This document shows, in pieces, positions 7,911 through 16,956 of a stretch of DNA of 34,972 nt. Numbering within the stretch: position 1 is the stretch's first letter; each line of letters opens with the position of its first letter. The notes beneath the pieces are model-generated. The model did not search any database. It was given only the letters and a program-made list of their open reading frames with translations, and was not told the origin of the DNA. Source of the DNA: Candidatus Heimdallarchaeota archaeon (lineage in GTDB: Archaea; Asgardarchaeota; Heimdallarchaeia; Heimdallarchaeales; Heimdallarchaeaceae); contig JABCTC010000036.1 in assembly GCA_018238545.1 (NCBI GenBank), positions 1 to 34,972 of the forward strand, in the 5' to 3' direction. The position numbers and the translations under genes were made by a program.

Positions 7911-9833
7911 ATGGAAGAGAATATTGTTTTTCCAGAGATTCACCACTTCATTAATTTTCTGTCTTCTCAAGAAAAAGAACTGTATGTCAAAGAAAAAATT
8001 ACTTACAAAAACAATTCCTTGACAGCACAAAATGAATTGCTAAGAGGGATTTTGAAAAACACTAAAAATCCATCTAAAATTCTGCTCTTCATTGTCGGTA
8101 AAGTTCTTTATTATTTAGTAGAATATGATAGAATATACGAATTATGGGATAAATATGAGTCAGTATATACGCTGTTCTGGTTGGGGTTAACTGAATATAA
8201 AAAAGGTAATTTTACAGAAGCTGAAAAGCATTTCACAAAAGCAGTGTTCTCAGATGATCCTTTGCTTAAAATTGAAGGTAAAATTGGTTTGGCAAGAATT
8301 TCAGATAGAAAAGGTAACAAGAAAGATGCTTCTGTTCTTTTCAGACAAGTCTGTGAGCAATTAAATGAAGTCAAAAATGATGAACGTAAGAATCTATTCT
8401 TAGATGCAAAGTTCAGAGGGATGTATGGTGAGCTTTGGGTTCAGAGAACAGAAAGAAATGTCGAAGAGATGATAGAACAAGCAGAAGGATTGTTGAAAGA
8501 AGCGGAAAATTACGCTGATAGAATTCATATAGCAGATATTCATATGTTGTTAGGAATATTTCACAAATATCTTGGAAAATTGAATGTTGCCAAGGAACAC
8601 TTTGAAATTTCACGTGCTATTTATAGAGATCTTAATAATCTTAGAGGAGAGGTTGCAGTCCTTTCAAATTATTCTGAAGTTGAAAGGATGGAAGGAAAAC
8701 TAGACAGTGCTTTAGGTAGATTATTGAGTATAATTTCGTTTTATAAACAGTGGGACGATAAGAGATCGCTATCCTTAGTCTATTCGGCGTTAGGTCAGAT
8801 TTACGCTCAAAAAAGACAATTTAGAACAGCTATTAACGAGTTTACAAAATCAAAAACAATCTTGAAAGAAATTGATGCAACTGATGAGCATGTAGACTAT
8901 GCATTAGCGGAACTACTTATTGAACAGAAAGAATGGAATGGGTTCAACAAAATCATGTCAGAAATATTGAAGAGGAAGACAAAAAAGGAAGTTGCTCAAA
9001 ATCCCACTTTGATGTTTCTCTATGGAAAAAAAGAAATTCAACATTTAAACCTTTCAAAAGCGAAAAGTTATCTTAGAACAGCTCTCAAACTAGCGGGAGA
9101 GAAAAGTTTAGATCATCTTGGTGCAAAAATTCTGATTGTATCACTACAGATTATTTTGTATAATTACATCTCCCAACCAGAAGAATATGGTTTAATTGAA
9201 GCAAGCAAATTCATTGAAGAATTAAGACTATTCATCGAAGAAACGCAGAAAGAAACAATTTTTTTGCATTTGATAGAGGAAATAGATACTTACAATAACA
9301 AAATTAACCAAGAGAAAGAAAAAACAAAACAAAGAACTCTTGTTTTGGAAATGCAAAAGGCGATAAAAGAGCTAGCTGATTTAATTAGATATAGCACCAT
9401 TCTTGCTAAAGAACCAGAGCTTGTTTTGCCAAACCAGATAGTTGTGTTACATAGATCAGGCATCCCTATCAAAAGATATGCAAAATCAGAGAAAATAGTT
9501 GATGACATTCTATTGTTCGGAGGAATGGTAAGAGCAGCTCAAGATATTGTCACAGAGGTTTTCACAAAAGAGGCAGGAAAAGTCATGAAAATAGACTATG
9601 GAGAAGATATAATTATCTTAGCAGAGTTTGGTGACAAGGATACGGGTATTGTCGTGATTACCTCAAAGGACACTTTTCATCAGCGAAGGTCTCTGCATGA
9701 AGCAGTAAAAGATTTAAACAGAGTAATTTTACCACAACAATTTCATGGAGAAATTGAGATAAAGAAAGAAGAGCAAATTGATAATATTATTATCAAGTGG
9801 TTTGGAGGAGGGTATGTAGGGGAAAGAGGATAA
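7911..9833 (+). CDS. TPR-repeat protein with C-terminal longin/roadblock-like domain
   Basis: Multiple TPR-like helices (LGLTEYKKGNFTEAEKHFTKA; ALGQIYAQKRQFRTAINEFTKS); C-terminal IVVLHRSGIPI...LLFGGMVRAAQDIVTEVF. ATG 7911 avoids overlap with the upstream gene. Confidence 0.75.
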   Translation: MEENIVFPEIHHFINFLSSQEKELYVKEKITYKNNSLTAQNELLRGILKNTKNPSKILLFIVGKVLYYLVEYDRIYELWDKYESVYTLFWLGLTEYKKGNFTEAEKHFTKAVFSDDPLLKIEGKIGLARISDRKGNKKDASVLFRQVCEQLNEVKNDERKNLFLDAKFRGMYGELWVQRTERNVEEMIEQAEGLLKEAENYADRIHIADIHMLLGIFHKYLGKLNVAKEHFEISRAIYRDLNNLRGEVAVLSNYSEVERMEGKLDSALGRLLSIISFYKQWDDKRSLSLVYSALGQIYAQKRQFRTAINEFTKSKTILKEIDATDEHVDYALAELLIEQKEWNGFNKIMSEILKRKTKKEVAQNPTLMFLYGKKEIQHLNLSKAKSYLRTALKLAGEKSLDHLGAKILIVSLQIILYNYISQPEEYGLIEASKFIEELRLFIEETQKETIFLHLIEEIDTYNNKINQEKEKTKQRTLVLEMQKAIKELADLIRYSTILAKEPELVLPNQIVVLHRSGIPIKRYAKSEKIVDDILLFGGMVRAAQDIVTEVFTKEAGKVMKIDYGEDIIILAEFGDKDTGIVVITSKDTFHQRRSLHEAVKDLNRVILPQQFHGEIEIKKEEQIDNIIIKWFGGGYVGERG

Positions 9834-9841
9834 AAGCAAGA

Positions 9842-9918
9842 TGGCGAGCCAGAGGCGATTCGAACGCCCGACCAACTGCTCCGCAGGCAGCCATTCTATC
9901 CAACTGAACTACTGGCTC
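9842..9918 (-). tRNA. tRNA-Arg(GCG), CCA encoded
   Basis: GAGCCAG/CTGGCTC acceptor stem, anticodon arm GCTGC-CTGCGGA-GCAGT, TTCGAAT T-loop, GCCA 3' end. Confidence 0.95.
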
Positions 9919-10152
9919 ATGTCTAAGGACATTTTCAATCTTATCTAACTAATCTTTATAGTTTTCGTTCGAATGAAGAGTGGAGTGTTTGTCACAATTC
10001 TGTTCTAAGAAATCAATAAATTATTCATTTATTATTAGACCTTAAGAAAGTAGATAAGTTTTTAAAATAATTTAATTTGCATGTGAAGTTTTATTAATTA
10101 CTTGAATAGAGGTGAGTGTATAATACTTATATGAATTGACATTTCATTTGAG

Positions 10153-11364
10153 GTGACAGAGATTACAGAAATTATTGATAACAAAAGAATCAAGGCTTTA
10201 CTTGCAAGAGAGAAAAATTTAGAGAGATTCAATTTGAACACATATATGCTTCCAATTGAAGGCCCATCGGGAAGAACTGTAACTGTTGGAGGAGAAGAGT
10301 ATATTATGCTTGGATCTTACAGCTATCTTGGTCTTATAAACCACCCTGAGATAATCAAGGTTGCTCATGAAACACTTGATAAATATGGAAGTGGAGCAGG
10401 TGGAGTTAGGCTATTAACAGGCACTACTGATTTACACAAAAGATTAGAAAATAGAATTGCTGAGTTCAAACAAACAGAAGATTCGATAGTTTATAGTAGT
10501 GGTTACGTTACTAATATGGCACTCATTTCAACTTTACTTGGAAAAAATGATCTTGTCATTATAGACAAATATGATCACCAAAGCATTTATGATGGGTGCA
10601 TTCTTTCCAAAGCAGATTGGAAACGTTTTAATCACAACGATTTAACAGATTTAGATAGGGTTCTAGAAGAACACAGAAAGAACTACGAACGGATTTTAGT
10701 AATAGTTGATGGCGTTTTTAGCATGGATGGAGATATTGCTCCCATGCCAGAAATAGTTGAGATAGCTAAAAAACATGACTCTTTCACCATGGTTGATGAT
10801 GCGCATGGGGTGGGAGCAATAGGACCAAATGGTAAAGGAGTAGAGGATTACTATGATATGAAACCCGGTTCTATTGATATCATGATGGGTACTCTAAGTA
10901 AAGCTATTCCGTCAGTTGGAGGATATATTGCTGGAAATAAAAAGATGATAACCTATCTCAGATACACGTCTAATGCTTTCATTTTTAGCGCTGCACTACC
11001 TCCAGTTATGACTGCAGTTGCATTAAAAGCTCTAGAGATAATAGAAACTGATAAGGATCGTATTCAAGCTTTACAGAAAAATATTGCTACATTCATCACT
11101 CGTGTCAAAGAAATGGGTTTTGATACTCTCAAAAGTAAGGATACGCCAATAGTTCCAGTAATTATAGGAAATGACATAAAGACCTTTAGATTCGCAAAGA
11201 AAATGAAAAAAGAGGGGATATTAGTTCCTCCAATAGTTTATCCTGCCGTTCCTAAGGAAGGTGGCAGATTACGTTGTTGTGTAGTGGCGACACATACAGA
11301 AGATGATATGGAGAAAATTCTTAGTGTAATAGAGAAAGTTGGCAAAAGCATGAATGTTATCTAA
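10153..11364 (+). CDS. PLP-dependent alpha-oxoamine synthase (BioF/KBL/SPT family), SPT-like motifs
   Basis: MLGSYSYLGL, SSGYVTN, DHQSI, DGVFSMDGD, DDAHG, GTLSK (PLP lysine at about 10900), FIFSAALPP, RLR. Confidence 0.9.
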   Translation: MTEITEIIDNKRIKALLAREKNLERFNLNTYMLPIEGPSGRTVTVGGEEYIMLGSYSYLGLINHPEIIKVAHETLDKYGSGAGGVRLLTGTTDLHKRLENRIAEFKQTEDSIVYSSGYVTNMALISTLLGKNDLVIIDKYDHQSIYDGCILSKADWKRFNHNDLTDLDRVLEEHRKNYERILVIVDGVFSMDGDIAPMPEIVEIAKKHDSFTMVDDAHGVGAIGPNGKGVEDYYDMKPGSIDIMMGTLSKAIPSVGGYIAGNKKMITYLRYTSNAFIFSAALPPVMTAVALKALEIIETDKDRIQALQKNIATFITRVKEMGFDTLKSKDTPIVPVIIGNDIKTFRFAKKMKKEGILVPPIVYPAVPKEGGRLRCCVVATHTEDDMEKILSVIEKVGKSMNVI

Positions 11365-11428
11365 AAACAGCTTTTTTTTCATTTATCGTAGACAGTTAAT
11401 TTTATTTGCTTTGTAAGTGATAGGTAAT

Positions 11429-11757
11429 TGAACGAGGCGAAAAGGCAACTTCGGCTTTAGCTGAGGAACCTCCTGACTCCACGAAATAGATGTAGATGTA
11501 AATCTACCATGCGAGAGTGTGGCTCTTGGAACAGAAACGACACGCCCTTTATTCAGAGACAATGATGCGATACCGAATATGGTAACACAAATCGGGATAA
11601 TTTGCTGAGGAGGATAAAGGATACGATGAAACGGCCAATCATCTTGGAGCAAACTTGAATAGGGTTCATCTGAACCGGGTAGAGTGCTTAGATGAATGTT
11701 GCCGGGAAGGTCCTTGACGGCTTCCTAACAAAATCAGGGGTATTTTCGCGACGTTCA
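11429..11757 (+). ncRNA. rnpB: RNase P RNA (archaeal)
   Basis: P1 TGAACG..GCGAAAA / TTTTCGC..CGTTCA; CR-I GAGGAACCTCCTGA pairs with CR-V AACAAAATCAGGGGTA (P4 with bulged U); ACAGAAA, GATGAAAC, GGAGCAA and TTAGATGAATG elements in the expected order. Confidence 0.92.
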
Positions 11758-11872
11758 TTTTATTTTAAACGAACAAATTATGCTATGGGTTTTGTACAGA
11801 AATTATTACCTACTCGGTAAGTTTATTAAATTAAGGAAGGAATCTTATAAAGAATAGAAAAGAAGTGTTTAC

Positions 11873-13624
11873 ATGTCAAATAGGATATTGTACAGTAGAA
11901 TGACAGTTGCTTGTGTTGGATTTATTTTCCTGGTAGCAATGTTTGTTTCCTCGTCGTCTATACAAATCCCATTGGCTCAAAAATCTCAAAGTGAATCAGA
12001 AGTTGCCAGTTTTATGGATCTTGAAAATTCCACTTTAATCTGTTATTTGAGTTCTGATAACATAACTAGGGGGGAAGATGATTTAGTAATATTCTTCCGA
12101 TTCACTTATGAAAACCTCAGTTACATACCTGATTCTAACATATATTATAATATATCAAATTCTTTAGACGAAAAAATCTATGAGAATAATTTAACGGTGA
12201 ATACATCTTTATTATTTAATGACACTGTTATATGGTCAACTTTTAACAGTCAAACAGCTGGAAATTTTACCGTTACATCTGTTGCTAATAGCACATCAAC
12301 TGGTTTAGAAATTTCTGTCAATTATTTTGAATTATCGGTGTTACCTTTCGGCAAAGTAAGAATGTCTTTTCCTTCTAATCCAGCTTTCCTAATAAGAAAT
12401 CAGAATAATGATGTTAAGTGTACTATTACTAACACCGGCGGAACAACAATAACAAATGTTACAGTTACAAGTGAGATTCACAAAACTGGCACATCGGGTT
12501 CAGTTACAAGGTCACATGCAATACCAGAATTGACTCTGGAAGAGGGCGTTCAGTACAATGGTTACATAAGTTTCTTTCCAGATACGTATCTATACCAAAA
12601 ACACTCATTTTCTATAACATATAGAACTATTGACAACCCTGATCAAGAAAGGACACATCTTAGTGACCCACTTGAAATTATTGTGATGCCAAATATAACA
12701 GTTAATATGTATGAAGTTCCCATTAATGCAACTGTAGGGGAAAAGTACAGGATTATTTATAGTATAACAAATTATGAGGGAGTAAATCTGAATGTACTTC
12801 CTTATGTAAGAGTTCAAAATTCCAGTTACATGTTTTTCGATGGTGTAGATCTTGAAGAATCAATAGAGGTTGGTCAAGGTTATCACTTCTATTCTTTAGA
12901 AGGAGAACCTCAAATTTCAGGGATTCAGTATCTGTTTTTCAGAATAGAATTAGAATGGGAAACTGTTTCAGAGACTAAATGGTACTCAAACCTTTTACCA
13001 CTTATTATAACATATATCACAATTTTTCCTGATGATTCAGCTTGGAACTTTTTTGATCCCATAGTAACATATGGTTTGATATTTGGAGCGATAGGAATCG
13101 GAATTTTATATTTCTCAAGAGATATGTTCAAAAATATTGCAAAACGGGTTAGAGGTTCGTCTGAACGTGCTTTTCCCGAAGTAACTTATCCATTAAACAA
13201 AGTTATTCTTGATGGGAGTAATATTGCGTGGGAAGAAAAAAATAATCTAGATAAACCAAAGATAAGCAACATTGAAAATATGATAAATAGACTAAGCAAA
13301 GTGAATTTCACCAAAATCATAACAGTTGCTGATGCAGCTCTAAGATATCAGATAGATAATCAGAGAAGATTAGACAAATTAGTTAAAGAGGGGGCAATGA
13401 AGATGCTACCAGCCAGGGTAGATGGTGATAAATTCATTTTACGTTTAGCTGAAGAGGAGAAAGCAATGATTGTGAGTAATGATATGTTTAAGGAATTCAG
13501 AGAAATGAAAACATGGATTGATCAAAGAAGGATTCCTTATACAATTCTAGATAGCGAGGTATATCTTCACCCAACAGCTGTACAACCGATTAAAGAGGAA
13601 GAAGAAGAGGAAATATCAGACTAA
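11873..13624 (+). CDS. Membrane protein: signal/anchor, extracellular Ig/CARDB-like region, TM helix, cytoplasmic Zc3h12a/Regnase-like NYN (PIN-fold) RNase
   Basis: N-terminal hydrophobic segment; sequon-rich beta region (TITNTGGTTITNVTV); TM PIVTYGLIFGAIGIGILYF followed by basic residues; VILDGSNIA, DGDKFIL, MIVSNDMFKEF motifs. Confidence 0.85.
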   Translation: MSNRILYSRMTVACVGFIFLVAMFVSSSSIQIPLAQKSQSESEVASFMDLENSTLICYLSSDNITRGEDDLVIFFRFTYENLSYIPDSNIYYNISNSLDEKIYENNLTVNTSLLFNDTVIWSTFNSQTAGNFTVTSVANSTSTGLEISVNYFELSVLPFGKVRMSFPSNPAFLIRNQNNDVKCTITNTGGTTITNVTVTSEIHKTGTSGSVTRSHAIPELTLEEGVQYNGYISFFPDTYLYQKHSFSITYRTIDNPDQERTHLSDPLEIIVMPNITVNMYEVPINATVGEKYRIIYSITNYEGVNLNVLPYVRVQNSSYMFFDGVDLEESIEVGQGYHFYSLEGEPQISGIQYLFFRIELEWETVSETKWYSNLLPLIITYITIFPDDSAWNFFDPIVTYGLIFGAIGIGILYFSRDMFKNIAKRVRGSSERAFPEVTYPLNKVILDGSNIAWEEKNNLDKPKISNIENMINRLSKVNFTKIITVADAALRYQIDNQRRLDKLVKEGAMKMLPARVDGDKFILRLAEEEKAMIVSNDMFKEFREMKTWIDQRRIPYTILDSEVYLHPTAVQPIKEEEEEEISD

Positions 13625-13749
13625 TTGTTTGGTTTGAAGTAGAGAGTTAGTTTAGTTTTTTAATCATAGAGAATATAATATTATGTGATTACAAAAACTA
13701 AAAAGCTGTCATAACTGAGTCATTATAAAGTATTTTAATAATATTATAG

Positions 13750-14454
13750 GTGAAGACAATGAATATGGACCACGGGTATATAGGTATTCCATACAGTAAC
13801 ATTCCTACATTAGATGATAGTCTACCATATGACTACTTCTATAGTAATGAGTATGATTATCTTACAATCCAAGAAGTCCAGTTGCTTCTGATTCTATCTG
13901 ACTCTCGGATATCTTATTCTTTTTCAGGTTTGAGAAAGAAAACATCCTTGCATCAACATAAATTGACAAAAGCAATAAGAAGGTTACAAGAGCGTAGTTT
14001 TCTTTCAAAAAATGAAAATGGTTCTTACGAATTAACGGATAATGGAAGCGTTTATACTAGAGAACTCTTGCAAGAACTGGTTAACAAAAAAGCTGTAAGT
14101 CCCACAAAAATGCCCAGTGTTTCCTTAGTAAAAAAACTACGAACCATACCTCCTCTAGAAAAAAGAAAAATAGCTACATTATTAGAAAAACGTTGGTTTA
14201 ATAATTATCGTTTCCTTTATAGAAGAGAAATAGGTGACTTTACAGAACTTTGCTGGGAAGATAATGAGAAAAATCAATGTCATGTATATATAAATCTTGA
14301 AGGCAAGATTCAAATTGAATGTTCATCACTTAAACAAAAATTGAATGAAACTCAATTTATTACAAAGTGGGTTAGTGAAGAGATTCAAAGTAATACTGAT
14401 GTTGAGGTACTGATAGATGAGGAGGAAGAACACACTAAGATTCCCTATAATTGA
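13750..14454 (+). CDS. Winged-helix-containing protein
   Basis: YSFSGLRKKTSLHQHKLTKAIRRLQERSFLSKNENGSYELTDNG wHTH; C-terminal domain not recognised. Confidence 0.7.
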   Translation: MKTMNMDHGYIGIPYSNIPTLDDSLPYDYFYSNEYDYLTIQEVQLLLILSDSRISYSFSGLRKKTSLHQHKLTKAIRRLQERSFLSKNENGSYELTDNGSVYTRELLQELVNKKAVSPTKMPSVSLVKKLRTIPPLEKRKIATLLEKRWFNNYRFLYRREIGDFTELCWEDNEKNQCHVYINLEGKIQIECSSLKQKLNETQFITKWVSEEIQSNTDVEVLIDEEEEHTKIPYN

Positions 14455-14515
14455 TGTTTCTTGGCGTTAAACATTAAATATTTAAACCTAAAAAAATTAA
14501 CAAGAGTGAAGTGTA

Positions 14516-15184
14516 ATGATGAATGCACCAAATTTCAATGGGGTAAATGGAAATCCATTTATGGAACCCAAACATGGAACAACTACAATTGCTTTAAGAT
14601 TTAAAGATGGTGTAGTTGTAGCTGCCGATAAAAGAGCTTCTATGGGCACTTTTGTCGCGTCTAAAAAAGCAGAAAAAGTACACATACTAAATAGTTTTAC
14701 TGTTGCTACTATTGCCGGGCTAGTTTCTGATGCTCAATACTTAATTAATCTTACAAGAGCAAACATCAATTTGTATGAACTAGCCAGAGGTTATCCTCCA
14801 ACATCAAAAATGGCAGGAAATCTCTTAGCATCTATCATGTATGAACAGTATCGACAATACTTCCCATATTATGTAAACATGATTGTAGCTGGTCTAGACA
14901 AAGAAGGACCACATGTGTTTAACTTGGATATGGCCGGTGGTATAACCGATGAAGATTTTGCTTCGACTGGTTCAGGATCATTAGTTGCTATCGGTGTATT
15001 AGAATCTACATGGAAAGCAAATCTACCTGAAAAGGATGGAATCGCAATAGCTATCAAAGCTCTTGCTACTGCTATTAGTAGAGATACCGCCACTGGCGAT
15101 GGTATGGATGTTGCTGTTGTTAACAAGAAGGGGGTTAAAAAGATAAAACCCGAAGAAGTTAAAACTATTTTGGAGGCATTATAG
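14516..15184 (+). CDS. psmB: 20S proteasome beta subunit
   Basis: Propeptide then HG/TTT (catalytic Thr at 14579), AADKRAS, EKV, AGLVSDAQ, GSGS, RDTATGDG. Confidence 0.95.
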   Translation: MMNAPNFNGVNGNPFMEPKHGTTTIALRFKDGVVVAADKRASMGTFVASKKAEKVHILNSFTVATIAGLVSDAQYLINLTRANINLYELARGYPPTSKMAGNLLASIMYEQYRQYFPYYVNMIVAGLDKEGPHVFNLDMAGGITDEDFASTGSGSLVAIGVLESTWKANLPEKDGIAIAIKALATAISRDTATGDGMDVAVVNKKGVKKIKPEEVKTILEAL

Positions 15185-15841
15185 ATGTTAGGACCACAAT
15201 CCATGGGATATGACAGATCACCTCTAATGTATTCTCCTGAAGGTCGTATTATACAGACCGAATATGCAAGAGAATCAGTAAGAAGAGGTAGTATAGGAAT
15301 AGGCATTAAAAGTAAAAACGGTGTCGTACTTGCAGGTTTGCTTCGCGTTGTTGATTTGAATGAACCTGATCATAAGATACACAAAATAAGTGATAGTACT
15401 CAAGCAATATTCGCTGGAGTAGCAGCTGATGGTCGAATTCTTATAAGTCGAGCTAGACTTGAATCTGAGATATTCAAACTCACATATGTTGAATCAATTG
15501 ATGTCCGATCACTTGCTATAAAAATAGGTGACTACATACAAATGTTTACCCAACAAGGCGGTCTTCGTCCTTTTGGTGTAGGAATACTTTTTGGTGGACT
15601 CGACCAAACTGGTCCAAGTTTACAATTTGTTGATCCAGGTGGTGGAGTAGTTTCATGTAAAGCTAAAGCAATGGGTGAAGGTGATTCCGAAGCAATTGCT
15701 TTCCTTAAAGAAAAATACAATGAAGAGCTAACCACTGACGAAATGGTTGAGATTGCTAAAGAAGCAATCAAGAAAGCATCTAGAGATACAGAATTGTCCG
15801 AAGATAGTATTGTTTTAGAGATTATGCCAAGTAAGGCTTAA
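15185..15841 (+). CDS. psmA: 20S proteasome alpha subunit (short, divergent)
   Basis: GYDR...YSPEGRIIQTEYARESV, GVAADGR, TQQGGLRPFGVG, VDPGG; ATG directly follows the beta TAG. Confidence 0.92.
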   Translation: MLGPQSMGYDRSPLMYSPEGRIIQTEYARESVRRGSIGIGIKSKNGVVLAGLLRVVDLNEPDHKIHKISDSTQAIFAGVAADGRILISRARLESEIFKLTYVESIDVRSLAIKIGDYIQMFTQQGGLRPFGVGILFGGLDQTGPSLQFVDPGGGVVSCKAKAMGEGDSEAIAFLKEKYNEELTTDEMVEIAKEAIKKASRDTELSEDSIVLEIMPSKA

Positions 15842-15938
15842 TCCATTTCTTTTCTTTCAATGAATCTTTTTTTTTATTTTACTTCTTATGTTTTGAATAA
15901 GTATTTAAGAAAGAATCTTTTACATTTTAGAGAGGATA

Positions 15939-16955
15939 ATGAGAGTTTATTTATCAAAAGCAATTAGAATTAAAGGGAAGGAGTGGAATATCGCTTGTGA
16001 TAGTACAAATTCGAAATATTACTCTCTAGTTTTTTATAGTCATGCACATTCAGATCATGTCCCAAGAAAGTTACCAGCAACTGACATAATAAGCTCATCA
16101 GAAACTAAATCGTTATTAAAAAATTTCACATCAAATTTTTCAGAAGGACGATTCTTTGAAAATTACAAAATAGGTGAAACAAATTTCACACAGAATTCAG
16201 CTGGTCATATTGTTGGTTCTACAGCACTAAAAATAGAATCAAATGAAGGCACTTTAATTTATACTGGTGATGTTTCGATTAGAAATAAAGGGTTCATTGA
16301 GCCTTTTAAGCCTGAAAAATGTGATACGTTAATTATTGAAAGTACATTTGGTTTATCACAATATGAGTTTCCTGAATATGGTCCATTGATTAGAGAGACT
16401 CAAGATTCAATATCTGAGAATCTAGCTAATAACACACCGGTCGTCTTAATGGGTTATGCTCTAGGGAAAGCTCAGATGTTGTATCATGCTTTTTCTCATC
16501 TGTCAGAAAATATAATATTACATGGAACTAACTATAAAATCAATACTTTACTCAAGTCTGAAGGTATTGAAGGAGCTGTTGATTGTGTTTCCTATCAACA
16601 AGCAAAGGAGAAAGGTTTGATGGAAAAAGAAAGGAATTGGATACTATTTGCACCATTAAAATCTGGCAGAGATGATTTTTATTCCTACTTGAGAAATAAA
16701 TTTGGTGCAGTTCTCTATGCATTTAGTGGATGGTGTATATCATCTAATTACAAATACAGAATGAATGTTGATTACAGTATTCCCATAAGTGATCATGCTG
16801 ATTTCTCTGAACTTATCGAAATATGTGAATCTTGTAATCCTGACAAAATATATACAATCTATGGTCCAAATGTGGAATTTGCTGCTGAATTAAGACGTCG
16901 TGGATTTAATGCTGATCCATTGTCGAAGCAGACCTTACTGGACTCTTACTTCTAA
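15939..16955 (+). CDS. Metallo-beta-lactamase/beta-CASP family nuclease with C-terminal PIP box
   Basis: SHAHSDH, AGHIVGS, YTGD, ESTFG, YALGKAQ, SGW, SDHAD; ends QTLLDSYF. Confidence 0.85.
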   Translation: MRVYLSKAIRIKGKEWNIACDSTNSKYYSLVFYSHAHSDHVPRKLPATDIISSSETKSLLKNFTSNFSEGRFFENYKIGETNFTQNSAGHIVGSTALKIESNEGTLIYTGDVSIRNKGFIEPFKPEKCDTLIIESTFGLSQYEFPEYGPLIRETQDSISENLANNTPVVLMGYALGKAQMLYHAFSHLSENIILHGTNYKINTLLKSEGIEGAVDCVSYQQAKEKGLMEKERNWILFAPLKSGRDDFYSYLRNKFGAVLYAFSGWCISSNYKYRMNVDYSIPISDHADFSELIEICESCNPDKIYTIYGPNVEFAAELRRRGFNADPLSKQTLLDSYF

Positions 16956-16956
16956 G

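Noticed and set aside
11383-11652. 89-aa minus-strand ORF
   Set aside because: Antisense to the RNase P RNA gene.
14497-15771. Minus-strand ORFs 14497-14685, 14869-15306 and 15532-15771
   Set aside because: Antisense shadows of the proteasome genes.
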